This document shows, piece after piece, positions 51,291 to 64,000 of a stretch of DNA of 64,000 bases. The notes beneath the pieces were generated by a model. The model was not told the DNA's origin and ran no database searches. It saw only the letters and a list, made by a program, of their open reading frames with translations. The translations under genes were made by a program, and so were the position numbers. Source of the stretch: Marsupella aquatica (Eukaryota > Plantae > Marchantiophyta); NCBI GenBank assembly GCA_973895155.1, contig OZ316895.1:20722803-20786802 (forward strand). Reading direction: 5' to 3'. Position 1 is the first letter of the stretch; every line of letters begins with the position of its first letter.

Positions 51291-53489
51291 ACAAAAACAA
51301 GGACGTAGGTAAAGAGGGCATGCAATAGCAAGGAATCTTTCTTTTTGTTGCAAGGTCCCTTTTTGTCCTCCTCTCTATCTAAGTTCAAGGAATGAGTAAT
51401 TGAGCTAATGTACATAACTCCCTAAGCAAAATGAGGTCACAAGAGTACTGAGATATGCACTCACAGTACTACCATTGTGAGCAACCATACATAAGACACT
51501 TGGATGAAATCGGAGTAACACCCTTTATTCCAAAATGAATCATTTCCTGACTCTGTCAAACTTCTTCCCCCTGCTCATGTTTTTCTCTCCTCCTCGACTA
51601 AGGTGGGAACTTCTTCACCCTTGCTCAGGCTGTATTCAGTAACGTCCCAGCTCTATATTTTAGTAGTAAATATATTTACACCAACTAATTACACTTCGTT
51701 CATTAATTAGTCAACAGTTTTATTTGACAGTATAGACCCACTTTCCATTGCCCTAGAATTGTCAGTTGCCTTCTTGCCCTCACCAAAAGATATCAACGTC
51801 TTTTTGAAGTAAAAGCTTTTTTAACGAAAAATAAAAATATTTGAAACTATGTATCTTACAAGATTCCAACTCTTACAAAACTCACACTAAAACATGCACT
51901 CCTTCCACAATAAAGTTGTTTGCAGACCTATAGAGCCCTCAAGAGTTTAGATGGTAGATGCTCCAAAAAGCCACAGAGATCACATGGGCCCTTCCAACTT
52001 TACAGCCAACCTCCAATGCCATTGCCACTAGTCTAGAGCAAAAGTTCTCAAACCTTTCGTCCAGTTGCAAGCCAGTTCAATTTATTGCACCAAAACCCAA
52101 GGAGTTGAACATTCCATAAAGATCCCTCGTGGTCCACAAATTTGACATAAGGACAAATTTTATGTTGGGATGGAGTTGATGGAAGGAAGGTCTGATTTCA
52201 GGAATACAATGGACCAAGCATTTTTAGTATCACTTGAACTAATATAAAAAAATTAATTAGTAAGCTTGAATGGAATCCATTCAAACTTATGTATTTGGAT
52301 GAGAAAGGAACGTTTAAAGGTTTGATTTCAGGACTGAAATGAGCCAAGCAGTTTTAGTATCACATAAACTAATATAAATGAAGAGTTATACGCTTGAATG
52401 GAATCTATCCAAACTTATGAATTTGGATGAGATCCCATAATTCTCTTTGTATCAAGGGTATACATACCTCACGAAAACCATTGATCGTAGGTTTCTGAAG
52501 ATCCCATTGAAGTTTGAAAATTCAATCACAGGAGAAGGTTTGAAATGCAATCACAGTTCAGCTTCTTGTAGTTCCAAAAAAGAATGTCAAACTTCTTAAG
52601 ATATAACATTTGCAAGTGATCCATATGAATTGCAATTTAATATTAGAACATCTTCTACAAAGTCATGATAAATGGGGAGCTTCAATTCTCATTACTAGCC
52701 TGAAGCCCCATACGAATTGTAATTTATTATTCGAACATCTTCTACAAAGTCACGATCAATGGGAGCTTCAATTCTCATTACGAGCCTGACTGCCCATTTT
52801 TCCAATGTAAATAGAAAACGAGCCTGGATGCACACTTTTGAATGTAAATAGACACTATGACAAAAAGTATGTCTAATCATCACATGACATACATGTCCAC
52901 ATGCTGGACCCTAGTGTCATTGTCCAGAGGCTTCATTCAGGAACCCCTAAACCCCAACTCTAGCTTCTCTTCCATTTTATAAATAAGATACACAAATGAT
53001 GGATAATTTTGAAAGGTTTCCAGAACTCATGATACATTTCTTGTATTCGATTTTGGAGACAACTTTACTGACCAATCTCCGTCAATCCATCAAATTCGGC
53101 CATGAATTGACGTTGCAATCTTTTGAGGTGAGTGATAGGAAGCTACCATACTCATGCCCTCCACATTTCATTACACAGATCATAGACTCTTTCGCATGCC
53201 TCATGGTACAAATTCAGAGAATCCTTCTATCCAATTTTGGAGACCGCTGCTCTGCCGACCAATCTCGGTCAATCAATCTAATTCAGCCATGAATGGGCAT
53301 TGCAATCTGTTGAGGTGAACGATAGGAAGCTACAGCACTCGTGCCTCCAGACAATGAATCCAATGCAGTACCCTCCTGAGCCGTCCAAAAATTGGGCTCA
53401 AATGACCATCATGAATCTGGAGTGAACGTTTGTTCGGGCGAGCTCATCAGCAAATGTGGACGGAGACTGACTCCAATCGAGCGAGCATT

Positions 53490-55467
53490 CTAGTACGGGG
53501 CCATCGTTTCACAAGTGAGATTGGGCCCAGGGTCGACGCCCAAGAGATTGCAAAACTGGAGAAAGTACTTGACACGGTTCGCAGCTTGAGGACTGGATTT
53601 GCCGCACTCGAGTCCCCCATTGATGATGTCGATCGTCAGACCAAATCCGGGGAGACGGCCGAGGGCCTTGTCTTGCGCGGTGGGGGTGTAGTTCCCCGTT
53701 ATGACGTTGTGGATTGATGGAATGCTGCCGCTTGGAGTCGTCCAGAACCACAGCGCCGTTTTGAAGGCCAGCAGGGGATCCGTGGCCACGAGATCGGGAC
53801 TCGCCAGAATGTCCGCTCCCACCGCAGGACTAGCAGCTCCGTAGTTATAATTCCTGAACAGATGAAAGCAATCAAAGCTAAGGATTCAGTCACGGAACAT
53901 TTTGACATTCCAGAAATGTCACATGTTGGCACATAACCCAATGATCCACCAACGACTATGAAATCACCTCTGGCCTTGTCTCATTGTGGGAATACTTTCC
54001 AGGACTCGAGAAATCGTGGACAGTTAAACTGAAGCCCGTGACTGATATTTCTGCAACAAATTGATCGCTAAGGTGGACCAAATCCTTCAATTGAATTTGT
54101 GTGGTTTTGAGAGCATGTGCGTTGAGGAACTCACTGAAATTGAAGTACTTCGTTTTTATCCTGCCCATAACTTTAGTTGCCATACTTGAACTCAATTGAA
54201 CCCAATCCAGGTTATTGCCCTCTCGATTTGGTTTTCCTAATAATTCGAGCCTCCCTCTCTGGGTGTGCTAGCATAGCCTCAATCTGTTGTCATAGCTCGG
54301 GAGTTGGGCTACAAAGTGAATGGTAGTGGTGTCTGTTATTTCAACATGATAGTCTAGACTTACCAGCTGAGTTGCACTGGGCCTCTTCCGTAGTAAGTTT
54401 GATTTGTGGCGCACGGGTACTTCACATACGTGGGGTCGCAATAGTTGCCCGACTTGTCGATCTCTCTGATGTACACTAGACCTGCGATGCGCACACAACA
54501 AATTGAGAGAATGACTTCATGCACAATGTGTACTTTCTACATAATTTCAGAACTCACCGTTGTAATGTACCACGAAGTTGTTCCTCACTCTATCTCAATA
54601 GTCGCGCGCAATACATTGAAGGAAACACAGACTCGACCTCATGTCCGTCTCCCAGCCACTTCAAAGTCATTACAACTACTGCAGATGGACTCTTCTCGAG
54701 AAGCTTTTCTTGGCCTTGAAGGATTTCACTTCACGACATCGTTTCGGCTCACACTGAGAGAATTCATGTCTAACTGATGGATCAAACTAACCTCGATCAC
54801 ATACTTGAACGAAATTACTGCTGGTATTAGAATTTCAGCACATGCATTCCACCTATTGGAATGATTGAAGCACATCGACAAATTGAACGAATGATACTCT
54901 GGCCAGCTGAAATAAATCGTGGTGATTGGTTTCTTAAAATCGAAAGGGCAATCGAGTAATTTGTACCAGACGAGGAGTGACTTCCATGAATGCAGAATTC
55001 TAGAAGATGCTGCAGACTGACTGAGTCCTTGATTTACCTGCCGTCTCCTGTTGGACGTGAGCAGCAAAAGCAGCGATCTCTCTGAGGGCGCATTCCTTTA
55101 TTTTGCTCGTTCCGAACAGCGGGAACGCATTGCCGGCGAGAATCAACGAATTGTACTGGTAGAATCGGTTCCGGTCGGGCCAGAGCAGTTCGAACAGACT
55201 TTCGTTGAGGACTTTGTCCAAGCCGCTGGTGCTGAGCACCGGCGGAGCTGGAGGAGGAGTATTCGAGAGACATTGGCTTTGGCATCCGGTACCGCAGTAC
55301 GCCGCGCTGGCCCCGCAGAACCCGACCTGACTGCAGCACAGCCCGTCTTGACACAGAGTGTTGTTCGCAGATGTGCCGCATTGCGCTTCACAAAACTGGA
55401 CCTGCAGCTGCAGCAGCAGTGCGCACGATACCAAAACTCCCAACATTCCCATCTCCTGAACCTTCAT
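53490..55467 (-). CDS. GH19 chitinase with signal peptide and hevein (CBM18) domain, ~303 aa; exons 55038-55467, 54364-54481, 53490-53853
   Basis: QCG...[14 protein letters not shown]...[10 protein letters not shown] hevein domain, Pro-rich hinge, [47 protein letters not shown]; introns splice in frame (912 nt total). Confidence 0.93.
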
Positions 55468-56698
55468 TGCAAAGAGATGTCTCGTCCTGTTCGCAATGCC
55501 ACACTCAAGTCTCAACTCGCTCGCACCTCAACCCGTATCAATGGCCCAACGTCAACTGCGCGCATGAGTCAGTGCCTTTGTTCGTTCGTCTTCTAGAAAG
55601 GTTGCCGCAAAATTGATCTCTCAACACTCAATGCACTATAGCACTGTGAGAGCTCGGTATATGCTGGAAACTGATCGATCTTTGACTTCGCCTGGACATG
55701 GCGATCAAGACGGGCAGGTGCCGTGAAGGACCGGTACACTCGTGGCCATAGTGAGTCCACGACGAAGAAGATGGAGAGACCGTTCCGACACGGTGACGGC
55801 AATCTACCCCGGCATGCTCGCACACGTCTTAGTAAATGCGATCGATCGATCAATCTCCCCTCGACCAAATTCACTTTACTCTGCTGCTCTGCTGCAGTCC
55901 TATGCCAACTGTCTCAAAGTAACTCTCAATCGAAATTGAGTAGCTCCGCTTTCCTGCACTCACTACGTTGGCACTTCGCAGAATGATGATGATCGACAGA
56001 AAATCACTTCACGAATTTGAGCTCATCCAGCTCACTCTCTCGCAGCTGGATCAATCTCGCATCAGCGGGAAGCTCGAGAGCTGTGTGTGAGAGCGAGAGA
56101 GAGAGAGAGAGGGATTAAACACTCAAGAAACGACGTGACGACTCGTGATCTGCCACCGTTCCACTGTGAAGAACTGAGCATGAATGAGCAAACGGATTTG
56201 TAATTATACGCTTCGATGAAATTGAGGAAAGCAGCTGCAGGTGATGCTTTTATGCCCAGAATCATTCATTCTGCGCTAGCGAAGTCAAGCATTGGAGCCG
56301 CTGAAGTCTGAACCCACCACTGCTGAAGTCTGAGGCCCACCGAGACATTGACTCAATCTCACGAGCTCTCCACAGCCTCCACTTTGCACTCAGCTGTTCA
56401 TGATCTGACTTGCTGATGAATTGGTGCGGACTGCGTGGACTTCTAGAAAGACATCTTCCAAAGTCAGTCAGTTTCTGCTGCATTAATTGGGAGTGGACGA
56501 GTGGAGAGTGGAGACCATCATTATGTGTAAGAGGCCTTTGCATGTCAACGAATTACAGTCATCTCCCTCTAAGTGCATACTCTTGAGGAAGCATCCAGTG
56601 TGCAATTAAAGAGGGTTTCAGAAACGTTGTGCATTTTGAGAAGAATGGAGAGTGGAGACCATCATTCTGTGGAAAATGCCTGAAGAGGCCAATGAACT

Positions 56699-59329
56699 AC
56701 GGTAGACTCTCTCTAAGTGCATACTCTTGGGAAGAAGCATCCGGTGTGCACTTAAACTGGGCTAGCATTACATTATGTAAGTATAAAATTGTGGAATTGT
56801 GTACTTATTGATAAGGGCTACCTTCAACATGGATCTACACTTCATGATAAGTGCAAAACTTGGAATTATGCATTTATCTATAATAGCTACATTACTTCCA
56901 TGTGCAATGAATGAACTACAGTTGTCTCTCTTTAAATGCAAACTCCAAGGAAGTAGCATCTGGTTCATACTTAGCATGGTTTGCACTGCGTGATAAGTGC
57001 AAAAATGTGGAATTATGCATTTATCAATAAAGAGCTACACTTCCTCAAGACTCACATGCTAAATACTTGTCCTAGACACTATGGCCTAGCCTACAAGTGG
57101 CATTTTTCGTTGTGCATGAAAAAATGGGGAAATTTCCATGCACTTGTCAGTAAGTGCAAGTTGGATATGTATGCTTATCAATAAGTACTCATGAACACTT
57201 ATCAAGGGTTTTCACTTGAATGTTGAGTTTCATTTAGCAATTTGGGGCCTATGTTTACAAAAATTGCAAACTCCATGGAAAAAAGGGAAGCATGGGATGA
57301 ATTGCACTTATCCAAGGTCTTCACTTGCGGAGCGTGCACTCAATGGCTGTACAGCACAATAACCCATAGCCAATTCCATAGCTGAACAACCGTAGTGTTG
57401 GGACACCACCCCATGCAGCTCAACTTCCAAAAAATAATTCCAACCAAACTTGCAATTGCACTAAAGTTTATATTCCTTTGTATGTAGCATAATTTTTACA
57501 CATCTTACCAAGTGAAACCATTTTGTTCCTATCCAAACGAAGTTCAAGGCATGCTTTACAAAACCCCGTGCTACCATACCCGGTTTTGTGTTGTTGAGTG
57601 TGTCGCCCAGCACTACTGTAATGATAAGCATGATTATTTGGATAAATTTTGTTCCTATAGTGCAGATAGGAGATTGCTATATGGCGGGATACCTTCTCCA
57701 TATCTTGTCGTATTAGAAAAGATAGTATAGACATATGGTCTAGTCTATGCTTTCACTTTGTATTAATTTGAATTTAGCTATTTCTCTTACCCCCCTAATT
57801 TTTCAAGTCCTTAGTTTTTATTAGATATGTTATATATTCATATACTAAATTTTTCTTTTTTTGTATAATTTTTTTCTAATATTCTTCATTATTAGGTGAC
57901 AAGGTTCACCCACCAGACTCCACATGGACACAGCTGAAGGTTGCACTATATTACATATCCATTGGTCAAAAGTTTTTCCAATGTTTATGATATATACATT
58001 AATAGGAGTCACCCAATAGAGTATAGAGAGTCTCTCAAACTAGAGTCTGAAAGTATTTTACAAAATTAGAATATTTATTTTTCAATCACAAATAATATAC
58101 CCCTAAGGTACATTATATATTCTAATATACAAATATGGGTGTGTCACCCAAAAAGTAGAGTATCTCTCCTCACTTTAAAGGTATGCATTTTTATTTATTT
58201 TACTTTTTTAAATCATTGTTTCACTACATTTGAATAAGCCTGGAATATAATTTATTTCATAAACCAGTTAAACTTATCAGTACTCTAAATAGGGTAAAAT
58301 GGAATTTATTGTGAATAAGCTAAAATAGCATGGTCTTAAAATGGGCCAGCTATATATAGTTAGAAAGATGTGCAATGTGGGTTACTTGGGTCCCCATGAC
58401 GCAGCAGGGTACTTTCCTATACAAGGAGTGGTGAGCATTAGAGCTGATGAGGCCAGGTGAAAAGGAACCCTTGCCTATTTTGATGTTTATGTTTGCCATA
58501 TGTTTTTTAAGGCAATGTACTGAAGTCCAATTAACTTAGAACATGAATCACCCCCCAAGTGATTATGTAGAGTATCAATAAATACACTAAACTAAGGAGT
58601 ACTCAAATCAGGTTTTTGCCCTGTGCCAGCGTTTTGAAAGCGTCTTCTCATTGTTACCCCTTTTTTGGTCAGAAAATAGTTTGTCAACATGAGTGGACTT
58701 TGACCTGGGTCTTCCCATCTGTCTTTCCTTGAAAATTAATGTTAATAAGTGCTTGACTTTTGCCCGACTTTGTCAGTTGGTATCTGCTACTGTGCATCAC
58801 CAGCTACAGCAAATGTGGATAAGTGCAGTGTGGATAAGTGCAGGCCTACATGTAATCCCCAAGTATTACACTGATTTCCTTTATAAATGCACCCAAAAAT
58901 GTATTATGCATAAGTGCAGGTAGACCCTCTCTAACTGACAAAATAGCAGCACTCAACAACAAAATAATGCATAAGTTTAATTTTGTCTACAAGTGTACAC
59001 ATGTATTTATCAGTTACTGAAATGCATATTACTTAATATGCATTTATTTATAAATGCAGCAAAACAACTACATGGAGTAGTTCATGCATTTATCCAGTTG
59101 AATCATGCAATAAGAGGGCTTGGGGTATGAGGAGTCTGGTGTGTGTGACACAACACAACAGGGAAATGCTTAACCAATTTCCCATGCACTTCTTAGATAG
59201 TTCAGACTGTGCACATATGGAGAAGTGCATAAATCATGGCCTCTGCAATTACAGCATAGTGCATTCCAGGATATTAAGTGACTTCCCAAGGGCCTACACT
59301 CCCGCTTGCACTTAGACACAGTTCACAGT
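56699..59329. mobile_element. Possible highly decayed TA-flanked TIR element (Tc1/mariner/pogo-like)
   Basis: TACGGTAGACTCTCTCTAAGTGCA at ~56698 vs reverse complement of TGCACTTAGACACAGTTCACAGTA at 59307-59330 (19/24 identity); many internal TAAGTGCA motifs; no transposase recognised. Confidence 0.3.
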
Positions 59330-62300
59330 ATTAGTCTTCATTTGCTGTCTACATCAACACTTCGAAGTGGATGATCACCGATCATAGTTATTTAGTATAC
59401 CTAGGCTGTTGATTCAAATCATGACATGCACCAGTGTGTGATCACTTAATTAAAGGTACACGATAGTGTGCTTAGATTCCCTTTTGATTAGCGACCACTG
59501 ATTTAGACTCCTCCAAGTGTATGATCTGACTAGCGGGAGCACCATCTCTCTTTCATATTGACACATGTGACAGCATAAGTACCGTGACTGGCTTTTCTTA
59601 CTCAACTAATATATGTTTCCTTTCAATGACATGAAGCATGTGTGGACATTCTCATTTCCCGCTCTTCATTCTCAGTCTGGTAACTTTTTATCAGCCTACC
59701 TGGAGACCTGGATTTCACGTGCCAAACTAAGTTTTGAAGGTGCAATGTTTGCATTCTTGGGGCCAGTCTAGGGGTTTCTATTCTATTTCTCCATGGTGCT
59801 AATTAGGGCAATTTGTAACGCTAGTCCTTACCAGGGTGGTGAATGTCACCTTATATGAAGGAAAAGTTTAAACATTCCTTATCTAGTGTTCCTAGATTAA
59901 TTTATAACCATTAGATCTCCCTTGAGTTAAGGAGAACCATCAGATTTGCTAATGTCCGGCAATGATGCACGATGGCAGTAGTAAGTGATGTTGAACAGAA
60001 GTGTTATTGAGCCTAATTAAGTAATATGGCCAGACAATCGGACACTGTGGGGAGCCGACGAGTTGGCTTGGCAACTGGATTTCAAGGAGTATGTAAGTTG
60101 TGGGGAGAGTGACTGGGTTGGGCATGGAAAAGGTGCACAATGGAAACTTTAGGTTCATCTCATGGTTAAAAATGTCACCAAAATTGAACAGATACCATAG
60201 TCCCCCAAACCCAATGCCATGGCCCTGTATTTAAATAGTGGGCCATAGGGCACTCTATTTGAATAGTGCACCCGTGGCATTGTATTCGAGGTTTGACATG
60301 GTGTTTTCAATTTTTGTACTTGCAAGGCATTGTGCTCAAATATTGACTTTGTGTTTGAATATTGGCACTGTCATAAGATTCTTAAACTTTTAGTTTGTGC
60401 TCAATATATAACAGTTTTGGGTCAAATTAAACTTAAACACAACGCTCGGGCATTGTGTTAGAAAGGCATTGTGTTCGAATGTGCTTCTTGTTGTGGGAGC
60501 ACATTTGGTAAACAATGACAACAATTGGTAAACAGACCATGAAAAAGAAAGAGTTGGATCATCTATTAATATATTTAGATATTAGGTGGCATGGGTCACA
60601 CATATTTTCACCCATTGAAGCTTGGGCAGAAAACAATTTTTGAGGCAAAAATTTGCTGGATTGCAGCTCTCTCAAGAGTTTTCATCTCTTTTGGCCAAAT
60701 TGACTACTATAAGTTTTGTCTTTCATCAGCCAGTTTCCCACCTAGCCACCTACCCAAGTAGTCAGAATCTGAAGGATATCCTTAAATAGAGGGAGATCTG
60801 GTTAAGAAAGACAGTAATCTAGGAAAATTCGATCAACACTTTTCTTAGCATCTTCTCCTTTACGGAAAGGTGACATTTTGTCACCTTGGCTAAAATGAAA
60901 AAAAAACCTTTAAAATTATCCTACCTTGAGGCATTCACCAGTTAATCCCCTCAAAATCCCTCAAACATACCCCTCTCCTCACAGGTCATGAGTGTTTTCG
61001 TGCAACTTTCATAATAAAAATTTCAAAACAAAATACCAAAGAGATAACTCAACTTCAAGACTGGTTTGGTGCAATTTTGACAAAAAGATTTAAAAAATGA
61101 TTCCAATAGACATGTCCACAAAAAGTCATGAATGTCGGTGCATTTATTACAACAGGCTTTTAAAAATGCATACAATAACAAAAATGATTCCAATAGACTT
61201 GTCCCCAAAGGTCGCGACAATTTTCATGCAATTCTTACAAAAGTTCTCAAAAATTACAAGACTACTCACTCTTTTGGTGTGTTTTGGTGGCTGTTCTCGT
61301 GCAATCTTACAAAAAGTTCTCAAAAAACATTTTAAAAATCATAGGGACGACTGAGTGCCCATCCAAGTTCTGGATTTATTGTTGACTGGGATAGAGTCAA
61401 TGATGCTGTCAGATCTAACAGCCGCCGAGTGCCGACTTTGCATTATTTGTTTTCCTTTTACTTCATTGGTTAAAATCTTCATTCGGAGGGCGGCCTGAGC
61501 CCCACTGAATGACAGACTGACAGAGGATCATTTTTTTGGTTATCAAGTGTAACTGACAGTGCACAAGTAAACGAAGCCAGAGTATTTCTTTCGTGCCAAA
61601 AAACGAAGACAGAGGATTTCTTTATAGAAGGCGGGTTGGCTAATGTCACCATGTGTGGCTAATGTCACCATGTGAACAGGAGACATGCTAAGGATGCTCA
61701 TTCATTCTTGACTGTTAGATTTCCCTAGATTTAAGGAAAATGGTCAGATTCTGGCCAATGGGATATGTGGCTGGAAGGAAGACTGGCCAATGGAAGACAA
61801 AAAAAACATAGGGAAACTGGTCAATGGAAGGCACAAGAACATGGCCAAAAGTGGACGAAGAATCCTCAAGTGAGATGAAATTTGATGAATCTCTGAAAAA
61901 AATGGTTGAATGTAGAGCTATCCCAGTTCATGCTAACAATAAATTATCATGATGTATTTTGAGATTAGTGACAAAATATTTAGAGTGCTTCTGAAACCTC
62001 ACAAAAACTTGGTATACAAAATCTAAGATTGGTTTAAGCATCTTGATGTAAACACTGACTCATAAATTTCATAATTAAGAACTAAAACATGAAAATAATA
62101 TTTTGGAGTTGCATTGTTTACTCAAAGAAAAATAATTAATTCCAGAATTCAGGATAGTGCTACAGTATATCATTCAGGCTAAACCCTAAACTCTGTGCTG
62201 TCCTGTCTTGTATCCAGGTCTTGCCTCACCTTTCTCCCACTTTGCCCCTGCATTCCTAGACTCAAGAAGCCGCCCTTGAATTGACCACCATCTTGCGGGG

Positions 62301-64000
62301 ACGTCCAAGATAGGAAATGAGCACATCCATCTGATTCGAAAGGTGCAGATGGTTGCCTACAAATTTGATGCTGACCAGTGAGGTTTGCTCTTGAGGCAGG
62401 ACTCGACCTGGCACCCGCATGCCTTGTCACTTTGCTCACTAAATCTTCAAATGGCGGGGTGTTTTTTTGCTTGCACTAGTGGGAATGCTGTTACAGGGGC
62501 AATAGGCTGTCCACCTTGCCGTTAGCCTTAACTTGCATGTGAGAAAGCCTTATCCATGGCCTAAAGGATTTGGTTCAAGCATGAGAACATCTTTGACATA
62601 ATCATCTGGAAAGATGATTATGTCAAAGACCCAATAACTCAGCAAGGACATTGATCTTGGGACATTTCTTGGAACACAGTCAAATTTTTGCATACCTTCA
62701 GAGCCGTCTTTGAAACAAGTGCCGGTCTATCAAGATTCCAAAGGGCCTGGGAGAGAAATCTATGACTACCTTTTGAGACCTATCTATGTAGCTGGCCAAA
62801 AACTTTGGCCTCTCAAACTCCCTCAATTTCCAGGATAAAGCGCGAGGGACCACAGGATCTTCTTGTCTTTGTTTTTTTCAAAGGTCAGGACTTCAAGGGT
62901 CGGAGCATTTGCAGACTTTGGCCTCGGCTTTCCACTCAAGAAGCCATGGAGCCTGGCAGATGCTTCATTTCAGACACATTTTCTCCTTAAAAAATAGGCA
63001 GTGAGAACATTGGTTTTAGAGCCGCATACATGCAGGACAGAATTAAGCTCACGTTTCTCGGGAAATTTCAACATGCAAGAACCCTTGCCTCTCGCACTAG
63101 TACAGTGCTCTTGAGCTCATACCCAGTTACATGAGAGCTTGTTGTCCTTCCATTCTCAATAAGTGTAATCTCACCAATTTTCAATATGGCTTCCTTACCT
63201 CTCCTTTCCAAAAGAAAATTGAAAAACTGGAACTATTTAAAGGAGCTAGATTTTACTTGGGTAGGTGAGTCTTTTCAATGAATGCCTTATCCATAATGAA
63301 CTCAAAAGTGGTCACCACAATGAGATTGTAAAACTGTTTTCTAGACTTTCAAATGATTTTAAGTCATCTAGAGGGGAGTGAAGACATACTGTACTATTGT
63401 TTTAGCATTCTTCAACAAACATATTGTAAAATAAATTGTACAAAAACAACTTGACACCCAAACAAGCATGACATTCAAAATGAAAAGCAGTCATCAAGAG
63501 ATCATGCAAAACACAAAATAGAAGGGGAAATGCAAAAAATGTAGGTCATGACTGTCTGTAGAACTAAGACAACACTCACAATGGTGCACAAGATTATCTA
63601 ATGAACAAGTAGTTGACACAAAGAGATAAGTACGTGGTTCACTTTTGATGGGGCCAGTTCACAGGAACACACAAGAGCATTATTACACTCTAGACACATA
63701 AATCATACTAAATCTTTGCAGCATAGATTCAAAGATCATGATGCAACACACCTTATTTCTAGAAGGCAGTCCAAAAGCCAAGACCTCTTGTATGCAGATT
63801 TGATTCACCTTCTTTGGGTTAGAGCATTGTATGTTTCATTCCATCACAATGGACTCCCTGCCTTGCCAAGCCTCGACAAGTGAGGGTGGCCTTACAAGAG
63901 GTTGGGCTCATTGGGCTTTTTATTTAATACATTCTAAAATTAAATCTGGACCATGCAATGAGTGGAAACAACTGTAGTAGACATCACAGAAACTTTGGGG

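Noticed and set aside
59690-63350. Scattered short ORFs and weak repeats at the window end
   Set aside because: No recognisable protein motifs or definable termini.

Overview
Eukaryotic, intron-containing land-plant DNA; a bryophyte-grade source is my inference from its TE types and gene content. Host genes: an intronless multi-pass membrane protein resembling a fungal family (3739-4629), a 4-exon BTL3-like mitochondrial carrier (41843-45279) and a 3-exon GH19 chitinase with a hevein domain (53490-55467, minus). The main feature is a ~25.1 kb DNA transposon (7599-32732) bounded by imperfect TIRs (first 17 bp perfect, AACCCCAATTTAAGGAA) and a 4-bp TGAG target-site duplication. Its left arm encodes a Sola1-like DDD transposase (minus strand). 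Its right arm carries a divergently oriented cargo block: 3 F-box-like units, a ParB/Srx-like domain, an acidic/coiled-coil region, a Ulp1 SUMO protease and 3 FCP1/NIF-like HAD domains. Much of this block can be spliced in frame into one giant gene. Two internal tandem arrays (~255 bp and 175 bp units) and most cargo introns or spacers carry a palindrome ACGCG-N6-CGCGT that I did not see outside the element, suggesting an element-encoded sequence-specific (possibly anti-silencing) system. This copy is decayed (stops, frameshifts) and interrupted by a truncated Athila/Tat-like Gypsy. Just downstream is an internally deleted Bianca-lineage Copia (32913-37227, TSD AAACA) with a MITE in its 5' LTR. 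All family assignments come from motif recognition by eye, without database searches.
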